A DNA stretch of 64,000 nucleotides from Centroscyllium fabricii (Eukaryota): contig JBNRSN020000029.1 in the NCBI GenBank assembly GCA_051313645.2, positions 19,840,001-19,904,000 of the forward strand, read 5' to 3'. Within the stretch, counting starts at the first letter, position 1. Each line of letters opens with the position of its first letter. The position numbers and the translations under genes are program-made. Shown in pieces: positions 12,149-22,845 of the stretch. Under the pieces are notes generated by a model. It did not search any database and was not told the DNA's origin. It saw only the letters and a program-made list of their open reading frames with translations.

Positions 12149-13950
12149 CAATTGTGTCCAGGAAACACAGATTTAGGATTAAGGGTAGCTAGTTCGGCAG
12201 GAAAAAGGCGCGAAGTGGTATTGCACATGATTAGTTCTGGAACCACTGTTGTTCACAATTTACATATACGATTTGCGATTTGGGAATCAGAATTACAATT
12301 TAAAAATGTGCGGATGGCTATCATTAATACCCTGGACGTCTGCTACGAACTACAAGAGGATATCAATAATCCTGCAGAATGGGAGCATAACTGGCTGCCA
12401 TGCAGAGGAACTCCTCCTCGAGGAAAACCTGAATTGGCCGCCATCAGCCTGCGAGGAATGCCGGGAGGAGCACGGCGTGGACGGTAGGATCAGGGAAGAT
12501 GGCCAGGAGCGAGCAGGAGAGCAGGCATTCCGCAGGACTCAGGGAGGACGACCGCAGCAGTGGAGAGAGATGCGCGGGCCAAGGCTGTGGAGAGAGATGC
12601 GTGGGCACGGGTAACACGGGTAACCAGGGGAAGCATTGAAGGAGCTACAGGGAAAATACCGAGAGAGAAGCTGCAGAGACAACATCGAGAGAGGAGCTAA
12701 AGGAAAAACATCGATGGAGGAGCTGCAGGGAAAATATCGAGAGAGGAGCTAAGGGAATACATAAGGCGAGCCCGAGATGCAGGTCACAGTCCTCCGGGCA
12801 CTGATCCGGAGTACGAAGCTCGGCATACTCGGATGGAGCCGGCATGGCGTCGGACCAGGTTAGGCCCAGGGTCTTCATATGCGGCCCCCGGAACCCAGGT
12901 CTTCGAGAGGATTCATGGAGAGCGGAGTGAGTTAAACAACAGAAGAAGGTCGGCGAGTGAAACAACAGAAAGGACTTTAAGAAGAACTTTCAGAACTTGC
13001 GTGCAGGAGAGGCCGGAGAGGTGGCTGATCTCTCATGGGCTCCGGGCGAATTGGGCAGCATACTTTTCTTTGTTGTGCATTGCGTTCGAACCGTGAAAAA
13101 AAGCATGTCACTGTCTAGATTACTCTTGTCGTATTTAGTACATGTGACAAATACAATTGAAATTGAAATTGAATTGGAAAATGAAATTCAATCGAGATAA
13201 ATGTGAAGTGCTTTATTTAAGTAAGAGGAATAAGGACGCCATATACTGCTGGGGAAATAAGGGTCTAAATGGTGTAAAGCAGCAATGATACTGAGGGGTG
13301 CATACCCATAAATAATTGAAAGTATCGACGCAGGTTAGTAAGGACATAAAAATGCAAACAACGCACTGGGTTTCATTTTTAGTGCAATATAACGCAAAAA
13401 AGAGTGAAGTTAATTTAAAAATGCATCTAACCTTGGTTAGGACACAATTAGAGTGCTGCACGCAGCTGTGGCCTCCATATTATACAAATAATGAAGAGGC
13501 ACTGCAGACAGCGCAAACGTGACATTTACAATGATGCTATCAGAAGGAAGATGTTATAAATGTCAGGAAACTCTATCCATGCTGGGGTCATATATCCAGA
13601 AAAGTGAAGGCCACGTTGTGGTTATGAAGACCTTGCAAAGGTGAACGTAAAGAAGACTGTAAGCTGAACGTGACAGACCGATAACAGCGGGCATTAATAT
13701 AAGATAGGGAGCAGTGATTGCAATGGGGAATTCAGAGGAAACATCTTTACCCACAGAGTGTTATTATGTTGAAGTTGTTACCACAAATAAAAGATGCGGT
13801 GGAAAGCAAAAATGCCTTGAGGGAGCAAGGAGTCGAGGGATTTGATAAGTTGAATGTAGTTGGGAGGAGAGTCGTGTAGATTATAAACACCGACAGAGAC
13901 CATTTGGGCCAAATGGTCTGATTCTGGGCTGTGCATACGATGCAATTCAA
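12149..13950 (+). mobile_element. Old degraded CR1 ORF2 C-terminus and 3' end, interrupted by the 12395-13174 insert
   Basis: ELQEDIN..AEWEHNW | MKFNRDKCEV reads through the insert; LVRTQLECCTQLWPPYY; 3' GGGCCAAATGGTCTGATTCTG. Confidence 0.8.
12395..13174 (+). mobile_element. Non-coding retroposed element with internal purine-rich tandem repeats and (ATTGAA)n tail (Rex1/Babar- or L2-mobilised type)
   Basis: Cleanly splits a CR1 motif. Repeats of GAGCT(A/G)CAGGGAAAA.A.CGA and GGAGAGAGATGCG. Ends CATGTGACAAATACAATTGAAATTGAAATTGAA. Confidence 0.6.
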
Positions 13951-15570
13951 TTTATTCCTAATTTTATGCCCCTTCGTTCTGGAATCTTACACCAGAGGAA
14001 ATAGTTTGTCTCTCGCCACTCTAACGAATCCTTTAATATCTTAATATCTTAATTCGGCTTAATTATTCATCCAATGTTTGTCTGTTCAAGCAGTCATTTG
14101 CTAAATTGCTCTTAAACTTTAATCTTTAAATTTATGTTCACATTTGTTGTTTCAATCTTAAAACAACAAAAATATAACTGGTTTCGAATTTATTCTGTTT
14201 TGGCAATGGTGGTTAGTTTGTGTATTGAGGTATAGCAAGGCAGCGAATGGCAGCGCGGGTCAGGTCTGGAATGTCAGCCAGAAAGGATCCGAGAAAACAG
14301 TTGTGAACTGCATGGTGGGTCATTTGGGAGACGATGATGGACCAGCTCGGGAATGGCAGCCGGCCTCTGATAAAGACAAGCAGTTACAGCCAGATCAGTT
14401 ATATCAGCAGGATAATGGCGTATCTGGCAATGGGGACATGTCAGAAATTATAGCATTATATTGTTCTCTCCCTGCTGAATCCTACCTACTGATTGTATTT
14501 ACGCCCCAAACCCATCGTCAGTTGCAGGCGGTATACAGCTGGACTCATTGTGGACCGTTCTGCTCGAGGGAAGCACATTCAAATTTACTGGAGAGAGTTG
14601 TCTCACCCGGGAAATCCCGGCTAATCTACCAAGTGTAAAACCAGAATGGTGTCAAATCTGTTTTACAAGCTCCAATGGCGAACCCTGGCATCAATTGAAC
14701 CAACCGAACCATAATCCGAGCGCCAGGGATTAATGGCCGACTACACTCACTGTTCAGCAGCATCACAAGCACTTTGGAAGGCTGTGCATTAAAAAGTGTT
14801 TACTGTACGTTTCTAATTGCAGAGCGCAGAGAGCAGAGAATGGCGAGGCCGGGAATGGGCGAGCTGTTGGCTCGTATCACGTCATCAAAGGCTCCTGAGC
14901 AGCTTCCCTAATGTCAGTCTTTGGAGGGCGGTTCAGAAAAAAACGGAACTCGGCAGATTGCAAGTAGGCAGGCGCTGTGGAGCCGTGAAGAGCACTTGTT
15001 CTCCTCCTGGCTCCACAGGAAATTTAAAACTGCACTTTTTTGCCGAGTCCCTGTGCTCTGCAATTCCTTCTCTGAGCCTCTCCGCCTCTCCACCACTTTC
15101 TCTCTCTCGTTCCGGCTTAAAGATGCTCCTTTTTACCTATCTATTTGAGCATGCTTCTGTTCACCTGCCCTCATATTTCGTTATCTGGTTTGGCATCAGA
15201 TTTTGTCTGACAATAGGTCACGTGTCGCGCCTTGGGACGTTTTACTATTTTAAAATCGCTCTACCAATTCAAGTTGTGTTGCTGTTGACGGTATCTGCTT
15301 AGGCCGCAGAAGCCAATGAATGGTCATCGGCAGAGAAAGTCCAGTGTCTGCTCCTCTCATTGCGATAAGTATAGTGCTTGGGTTCAGAGACAGAGGCTAG
15401 CCCTGCATTTATCTATGTACGGGTCCTAATGACTGTTTTAGGCCGGCTCACCGGGAGCCTGGGCAGCGGACTATTCAAATTTGGCAGCGCCGCTTCCTCT
15501 TGTGCTGATCGGATGCAGGAATTGGCTCGCTGAAATTAGGATTCCTTGCGCTTGTGACAGCAAATAACAA

Positions 15571-15576
15571 TTTATT
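15571..15576 (-). terminator. Candidate polyadenylation signal for the GPCR gene
   Basis: AATAAA on the minus strand ~0.9 kb past the stop codon. Position is the only support. Confidence 0.25.
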
Positions 15577-16498
15577 GAATAAATCTTCATCTGAAAGAAA
15601 CAAATAACACGAATGCTGCGAAATGCATTTGTTTTTAAGGGTCTAGGCATAAGGACATTTCTAAAGCTGCATTTACATCGGACCTTTTGCGTCGATGCGA
15701 GTCCCTAATTTGAACCTGACAGCGTTTCTCCGACTCTGCGTTTCAACTGCAATTTTAACCCGACCCGCCCGTCGGGAAACTGATCGAATTTTGGTTTGCA
15801 CAGTTCATGATTTTTTTTAAAAAAGGACTCGCCATTACAGTCAACAGAGAATAATATCGAGCAGGTTATAAACCTCGTGTTCCCATGATGCCGTGGACTA
15901 CCCGCCAGGCGAGGCAGGTTGAAATTGAGCCGCCTCTGCAAAATTCTTCATCCCAACCCAATTCCATTTGATAACGAATGGAGTGACATCCCGTCCTGTG
16001 CCAACCGTGTACCTTAAGATCTTATGACGTTTTGAATTTGAGGTAGGAGATACTGTGCATAGATTGGCACCGCTGATACAGTTCTTTGGAGACGAATATT
16101 TTGCAAAGACAGACTTGGGGAAAGAGATTGGTCTCTGTCTGTAATCGAAAACGGGCGACAGTGAATAGCGGTGTTCAGGCGCCCCAATTTCAGTGAGAAA
16201 TATATTATCGCAAGGTATAAAAGAGGCTGAAGATCCTCTATTGCCCCTTTCGCGCTATTGGCGAAAAAGAATGTCCCGTCCCTTCCAAAAGGAGTAAAAC
16301 TCTGAAGCTACAACGTGACTCCCCGAGGGCGATATTAATTCCACCACGTCGGTGATGGGTGATGCAGTTGTTCACCCGCCCACTATTGAACCGGACTGAT
16401 TGAGAATCCTCCCGTTTTAGTGCAATTTGTTTAGTTTGGTGAAGGTAACATTGTGAACCAATGTGATTTCTAGTTAGCTGTGAAACAATCTTGTTGCA

Positions 16499-17403
16499 TC
16501 AATGTTTCATTAACTTAATAATTAGAGTGAAGGGACTTTTAACTGTGTTCATTAACTCCTCTCTGAAGTTAGTCTGAGCCACTGCATAAATAATGGTGTT
16601 GGTGCAGGAACTCAAGCGCTGAAGCAGATACCCTGTTTGTTCCATAATGGTGAAAGGGTCGGTGTAATCTGTCTGCAAAAACTGCGAGTCTGCAATTTGT
16701 ATCCACATGTAAACTATAAAAGTTAACATCCACAAAAGTATAAAATTACCAGATATGGCGAGCAGTAAGATGATCGACTTTCTTCGTTTCCTCACCTCGG
16801 GATCACTGTGATTCTCACCAATGCTGCTTTGCATTCTCCTGCGGATTAGATTTGCTGCTAAAATATATCTGATGGTCAAAGCATTTAGGAGGAAAATCAA
16901 AACAAATGGAGCAAATGGGGTTAAAATGCTGTCTAACCAGAGACAAGCCACCCAGACCGGAGAGGTGTAGAAGCTCGACTGAGCAGTGCAGAACCAGAAG
17001 GTATTGTCAATTACTTCCCGGGGTTCATGCATAAAGAAAATTGGAACATTTTCTACAAAACTCAGTCCACACACTATCATTACAACAGTAGCTGCGGTTC
17101 TTTCGGTACAATATTTAATTCTCAAATTCTGGCAACAAATGGCCACAAAGCGATCAAAGGTGAATGTCACTGTAAACCAGACTGAGCAATCCATGACACA
17201 GTAAATTAGACAGAGATTAATTCTGCAGATGGAGGTATAGTTCAGGAATGAATATGGGAAATAAATATTATTTATCGCATACAGTATCACATCAAATATC
17301 ATGACCAGCAGGTCCGCGATTGCCATGGTAATCAGATAACGAGTGATGCATTTGGAGAGTCCGCACTTTCCACGGGAGAGAATCACAATCGTCAATAGAT
17401 TAG
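16499..17403 (-). CDS. Class A GPCR, GPR139/GPR142-like, coding exon 2 (TM1 end to C-terminus)
   Basis: Open frame with hydrophobic TM segments, TM2 MAIADL, TM3 FDRFVAIC, TM7 SSCTNTIIY. Acceptor ttgtttctctcgcag|CT at 17404/17403 is phase 1 and in frame with exon 1. Confidence 0.93.
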
Positions 17404-18003
17404 CTGCGAGAGAAACAAGTAACCAAAACTTAGTCACTGTAGGGTTAAGAAAGTGATGAGCATCCCGTGGGCAATCACACCGATTTGTCTATTTCTGTTC
17501 CTGTCGCTTAATTGGTTTTCTCTACATCGTGTACACGTGCAAATCCTGGCAACACGATGACAGTATGGTCACACACTATGGAATTTATTCTGGTAATTTG
17601 TTCAATAAAAAATAACCTGATGTGACACGAAGAGATGGTCTCCAGTTTGCTATAGCTTATATGCACTTAGTTGCAAATATCATCATCACATATTCAGAAA
17701 GCACGCACTGGGGGATAATACGGTGATTGTGCGAAGCAGGCGAGAGCGGATATGTCCTCCGCTTTAACTCCACTCCCCCCCCATATTGCATTTCACTGAC
17801 TTCACTGGAATAGAAAATAGGCCAAGCTCTGTTTACATTATGTCAGCATCGTGGTCCAGCTACACAGACCAAATGCCTTTATTATAAATAATCTGATTGA
17901 TAAAGCTCTGCAATTTTAATGACGTGAATATTCACTGTGAAATAATCTGTCTGCTCAAATTAATAAACACATAATCCGTCTGCTCTAATTAATAAACACG
18001 TAT

Positions 18004-18672
18004 GACTCAGAAATACGGGTTGGCGGCTTCCTGCGAGGGCAAGCCTCCAACCGACACTTACGGAGCGCTCCTGCCGTTGTCCTCTTCCGGGACTTGAAAT
18101 CCCGATTCCAGGTACTGCTCCAGGTCCCACGAATGGAGTCAGCGAGGAAGCTCCACGCGGGTACACGTGTTCCGCGGTGAGCCAATCACTGGATAGAAAC
18201 TTCCAGTCATAATTTTGACAGAGATCTGTCAAAAGGTATGAAATGGAAGAGCCCCAAAAACACAGTAAACAGGAAAATATTTTTTTGAAACACCACATTT
18301 TTTAACATTTCTATGTCTAACAAACAATACATATTTTTTAAAAAAATAAACATTTTGAAATAAATATTTTCCATTTTTAACTGGCCTAAAAATATCTACC
18401 TGTCTTTCAAGTAAAAAAAAATCAAAAACCTGTGAACAAATACTTCAGTTCAATAAAATAAAGACTTACCTGCCAAAACGGGGTCATTGCGGCTGATATG
18501 GTATGCAGGCCAATGCGCTTTAGCTCCCGACCACCCTTTGCCTTCTTCGGAATTGCAGGTATCCCACACATGCACCGGAAATGGTGTTTACCTGAAATTC
18601 CAAGGGCTGCGCGCATGAGTATCCGCTCCGTACTCATGCGTTTGGCCCCGGGGCCATCGGGAAATCAGGCCG
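18004..18672 (+). mobile_element. Non-autonomous TIR (MITE-like) element, family A copy 1, in the GPCR intron
   Basis: Colinear with 22846-23596: terminal hairpin ..AAGCCTCCAA, TTTGACAG/CTGTCAAA hairpin, AT-rich centre, TGAGTA..ACTCATGC end hairpin. Confidence 0.7.
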
Positions 18673-19249
18673 AATTAATTTTTACATTGAGCCAACGTGT
18701 GAAATGGATGATGTCAAAATACCTTCCCTTTATAAACCACTTCCATATGTCCATCCATTAGAGTCACGGGAAGGGAAATCCGGCGATCACCTGGTCGTCA
18801 TTTTTTCGCTAATGTCCAAAAGTTGTAATAACCCTAACTGAAATCAGTATCAGGATGCTACCCAATTGCTGCTTTAAGTGGAAACGTGCGTAATAAATAT
18901 GGTCTTGCCGTCGTCACCCACATCCCAACAACAAAGTAAACAGAAGTGTACCTCATGAAATGATGAAAGTGTTCCTGACCAACATTTCTCAACATCCAGC
19001 ATTAAACTGGTCTAGTCTCATGGTTGAATGGTGATGGAGGAGTGAGGGATATGCCAGACCATGAGGTTAGATAATGTGGTGGTAAACAATTTCACTGCTA
19101 ATGTGACTTACAGTGCCTCATGGACACCCAGTGTAGGATTGTTACTGTTATACCGAGACTGTACCATACAGAGATAGGGCCAATGTCCACGATGGTGCAT
19201 CTTCTCATTTTGTAGATTGGACTTTGTGTAAATGTTAACATAATTTGCC

Positions 19250-19750
19250 TAGTGCAAAACTGACCCGAACAGTTTTACACCCCACGCGATTTTACTTCCC
19301 ATAGATTCACTAGAGTTGATTTTTCACTTAGTCCACCGGGCAGAAACCGACTTCTAACGATCAGCCGCCTGTTTTACAGTACCCTGGATTTTCATTTCCA
19401 CTGACTTCAACGTAGCCGAGAGTCGAGCGAGTTGTAACATCGGTGGCCAAATCATTATTGTCTGTGTTCCGTCCGTAACAAAGGACAAAATTCCCCCCAA
19501 TGGAAACTAAAATCAGACCAGGTGTAATCTGAACTTTGAGCAATGATGTAAAATGGGGGAGATCCTCAGCAGCTTCCATTGTACACCTCGTCCGATTCCC
19601 CTTCCTTTGACTTTAATGGAAAGGTTGCTGTAAGTATTGACGGCCACATCATATCGGAACATAAATTGGTATGGGGCAGATTGTGATTTACTGCGATAGT
19701 GTAAAACGGGCGACAGCCAATCGGCAGCCGGATTTTTATCTCTCGATTTT
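19250..19750. mobile_element. Relic MITE-like element, family B (a related relic lies at ~16140-16430)
   Basis: Inverted repeat CCGCCTGTTTTACAGTA (~19366) / TAGTGTAAAACGGGCGA (~19698). The 14-mer AAAACGGGCGACAG is shared by 16148 and 19703. Confidence 0.45.
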
Positions 19751-19876
19751 TAGTTCAATTGAATCGAATTTGAAATAAAAACCAGGAGAGATGTAAAGCA
19801 GACTGCTCATTCACTGCCAGCCGCTTTACACCATCGCACACAATTAAGAGCAGAGAAGGCTGAGGGGGATCTGAAG

Positions 19877-20489
19877 CGGGAGCGGGACCAAGATGGTGGC
19901 GCGTGTACACGCAGTGGCTTTGCGTCTCCCGGGATGATGCTGTCCGCTGGTAGTTCCGGGTTTCTTCGCTCGGCGGGGGCGGCGTGTTGGTGCACTGAGG
20001 CCAGTGCAACGGACTTGTTGGAGCAACGGGATGTCTGCATTGGGGATTCACCGAGGCGTGGTCTCTGAGGAGCGCCAGTGTTTGTGTGGTGTCCGAGGTC
20101 GGAGTGCCGGAGGTCGGCAAATTCGGAGCACCGGGGCCTGCAGAGAGTCGGAGTGCCGGTGCCTGCGTGGATCCCGAGGTGGTCATGGCGTCGGAGGTCA
20201 GCGAGTTCGGAGCGCCGGAGGTCGGCGAGTTCAGAGCACTGGGGCCTGCAGAGTCGGAGTGCCGGTGCCTGCGTGGTCACCGAGGTGGTCGTAGCGTCGG
20301 GGGTCGGCGAGTTCGAAGCGCCAGAGCCTGCGTGGTCGGAGCACCAGGGCCAACTTGGAGTTGAACAGTCTGGGACTTGAAGCTATGGACATTTTAACAT
20401 CTGCATCGTTTTTTGGGTAGTTTGCAAGTATGCATTTCGTTGTATTGTGTTTCACTATGCAATGACAATAAAATTGAATCTGAATCTGA
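19877..20489 (+). mobile_element. Non-autonomous retroposon with LINE-like 5' leader, GC-rich internal tandem repeats and (GAATCT)n tail (Rex1/Babar-like ends)
   Basis: 5' AAGATGGTGGCGCG motif, repeats of TCGGAG(T/C)GCCGG, 3' ATGACAATAAAATTGAATCTGAATCTGAA. Flanking direct repeat ATCTGAAG at 19869-19876 and 20490-20497. Confidence 0.7.
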
Positions 20490-20583
20490 ATCTGAAGATC
20501 TACTCCAATACTGCTTGAAGGCAAGCACAATAATAATGTTAACCATCAGTAAGAGCAAATAACAGCTGGTCACATTCACTTAC

Positions 20584-20653
20584 CAGGAACACCAATCGCT
20601 GCAAGAATCGGGTATAAAATTGCTTCTATATGCACAATGATTGGCCATCCCAT
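20584..20653 (-). CDS. GPCR coding exon 1 (MGWPIIVHIEAILYPILAAIGVP)
   Basis: ATG at 20653 in context gaaaATGG, donor CCTG|gtaagt, phase 1. 70+905=975 nt gives 324 aa plus stop and completes TM1 (YPILAAIGVPANLLTIVIL). Confidence 0.9.
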
Positions 20654-20724
20654 TTTCTAGGAGCGGTGAATTTCCCGGTTAGTCTGAGTGAGAAATAGAT
20701 TACATGGATTATCAACAACGATTG

Positions 20725-20772
20725 TTTTATACTTTCGTGAGAGCCCATGGGGGCCAATCCGGTTACCCAATT
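20725..20772 (-). promoter_or_regulatory. Putative GPCR core promoter (TATA box plus CCAAT boxes)
   Basis: TATAAAA on the minus strand at 20725-20731, ~70 bp upstream of the ATG; GGCCAATC at ~20752-20759 and a second CCAAT at ~20767. Confidence 0.5.
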
Positions 20773-21104
20773 ACTGACATTAGTCACAGTCAGAGAACAA
20801 ACAAGTGAGGCAGCTGCCCTTACTCTAATCACCAAAGCGCAGGGGAGTGTTTCACACTCACATGTTCCAGCAGCATAGCAAGAACATGTATGGCAATCAT
20901 TTCCCATTGAATTATCTAGAAAATAAAGTATTTTAGGGATTGTCATTTTACAGTATTGATGTAGATCCTTGCTGGACAAAACTAACAAGCAAAGCAAGTC
21001 ACACATTTCCACGGTGTATTGAAGAATGTGATGACGCTGGTGTGCCTATTGAAGCTAGATAAGCACTTATTTATTTTATTCTCGTTATTTGTTAGGCAGG
21101 GACT

Positions 21105-21220
21105 GTATACTGAATTTAAATGTTCAGCCTGATCTCATTGAATGGCGGAGCAGGCTGGAGCAGGCTCGAGGGGCCGAATGACCTACTTCTGCTCCTACTT
21201 TCTATGTTTCTATGTTTTGT
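21105..21220 (+). mobile_element. CR1/SINE 3' tail fragment
   Basis: GATCTCATTGAATGGCGGAGCAGGCT...CTGCTCCTACTTTCTATGTTTCTATGTT. Confidence 0.75.
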
Positions 21221-21327
21221 CTTTGCTTCTTCCCATATGCTACACAATTTTTGCAACACCTTGAGATATCATAGAAATACTTGCTGCAACATTACTCGGT
21301 CATAATTGGGCAGTAAGAGCTGTCTTT

Positions 21328-21725
21328 CATAGAAACATATAAACATAGAAACTAGGAGCAGGAGTAGGCCATTCAGCCCTTCTAGCCTGCTCCGCCATTC
21401 AATGAGATCACAGCTGATCATCCAAACCCAGCACCCCGCCCCTGCCCTCTCCCCACATCCCTATCGAGCCTCCATCGACACAAATCCCACCCTATCCCCG
21501 TAACCCCACATATTCAAACCCCCTAACACTAAGGGTCAATTTATCATGGCCAATCAACCTAACCCGCTCATCTTTGGACTATGGGAGGAAACCGGAGCAC
21601 CCGGAGGAAACCCACGCAGACACGGGGAGAATGTGCAAACTCCAAACAGATAGTACCCGAGGCTGGATTTGAACCCGGGTCTCCAGTGCTGTGAGACAGC
21701 AGTGCTAACCACTGTGTCACCGTGC
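21328..21725 (-). mobile_element. Full-length HE1-like V-SINE
   Basis: tRNA head with A/B boxes, V-domain, CR1 tail and (CATAGAAA)n on the plus strand. Closely similar to 54572-54968. Confidence 0.92.
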
Positions 21726-21744
21726 AGTCCTTCCCATATGCTTT

Positions 21745-21937
21745 CGGGATGCTTATTTCGTTCCTGGGATATGGGCGTCGCTGGCAAGGCAAACAATTAT
21801 TTCCTTCGCTCATTGCGCTTGAGCAGGTACGGGTGAGCCGTCTTCTTGAGCCGCTGCAGTCTATGTGTTGAAGGTGCTTCCAGAGTGCTGTTAGGGAGGG
21901 AGTTCCAGGATTTTGACCCAGCGACGATGAAGAAATG
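21745..21937 (-). mobile_element. 3' end of an L2/CR1-group LINE, sharing its tail with the SINE at 58110
   Basis: GSKSWNSLPNS..LQRLKKTAH..LLK terminus. The reverse complement matches CAAGAAGGCGGCTCA.CACCA.CTTCTCAAGG at ~58470-58505. Confidence 0.65.
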
Positions 21938-21940
21938 AAT

Positions 21941-22691
21941 GGCCCAGTAATTCGGGCCCCAACGCGTGAGTAAACGCTGGGTACCCACCTGCAGGCCCAA
22001 CAAAAGTGCCGTCTTCGTACATGTATGGTGCTTGCGCACAAAACGGTCAGTTCCGATCCCCTGGCAGAACGATTCATGGGTCAGAACGCATGCGCGGGAG
22101 TGGCAGCGTGTACGCACTACACTTCCGATTTTTTTGGAAGACTCTGCGACTGGGTAAGTATGAAAAAGTTACGGATGCTTTTCTAATGTGCAAAGACTCG
22201 TTTTAAGAAGGTAAGTGGAGAGTTAATTCAACTTGAAACGCTTTTCCGCAGCTTTAATATTTTAAAATAATATGAAGAAAGGTAACATTATCTTTAGACC
22301 CGTTCTAAAGTGTAATTATTTTTTCAAAAAAATTGTTTATTGTTTAAAATAGTGATTTAATATAAATGTCATTTTTTTAAAATGTGATTTTTAAAAAATT
22401 ATTTGAAGATTTCGTGATGTTATGTGGCTTGCAGTATTCATATTTTGAAAGACCCTCCTGTCAGACTTATGAACAGAGCATTCTTTGCTCCAATTGGCTA
22501 TCTGTGACTCACGTGAACCGACGCGATCCCTGGCACTGTCTTCACCACTGGGATATGTGAGTGCTACTTTTCGGCAGGTGAGCAAGGCCCCGCATCGGAA
22601 TGCGGGCCCACAGCTCCACCGCCGGCATGCCAGGTAAGTGCAGGTTGGAGGCTTGCACACACGGGTAGCCTCAAACACGAATATCGGGGCA
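21941..22691 (-). mobile_element. MITE-like family A copy 2 (reverse orientation)
   Basis: Ends GGCCCAGTAATTCG ... CGAATATCGGGGCA flanked by AAT/AAT; contains reverse complements of the family hairpins. Confidence 0.7.
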
Positions 22692-22845
22692 AATTAGAGT
22701 CGGAAATTTAAACACTGAATTTAGCTGCGATATCAGTGCTGTAATTCTGCTCTTCTCAATTTTATGTATCTCTATTTTCGGTGATGTATTTCCGATAATT
22801 ACACTGTGAATATACATATAATACTGGCTCTTTAATGCAGATATT

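Noticed and set aside
14225-15302. 137-aa and 161-aa ORFs downstream of the GPCR
   Set aside because: Non-ATG starts, no recognisable domain, and overlap with decayed repeat-like sequence.
17404-17437. ORF-track N-terminus MTKFWLLVSLA for the GPCR
   Set aside because: It starts at a non-ATG codon and runs through the polypyrimidine tract; the real start is in the exon at 20584-20653.
19755-20530. Overlapping ORFs on both strands in the intron
   Set aside because: A by-product of stop-poor GC-rich tandem repeats inside the retroposon.
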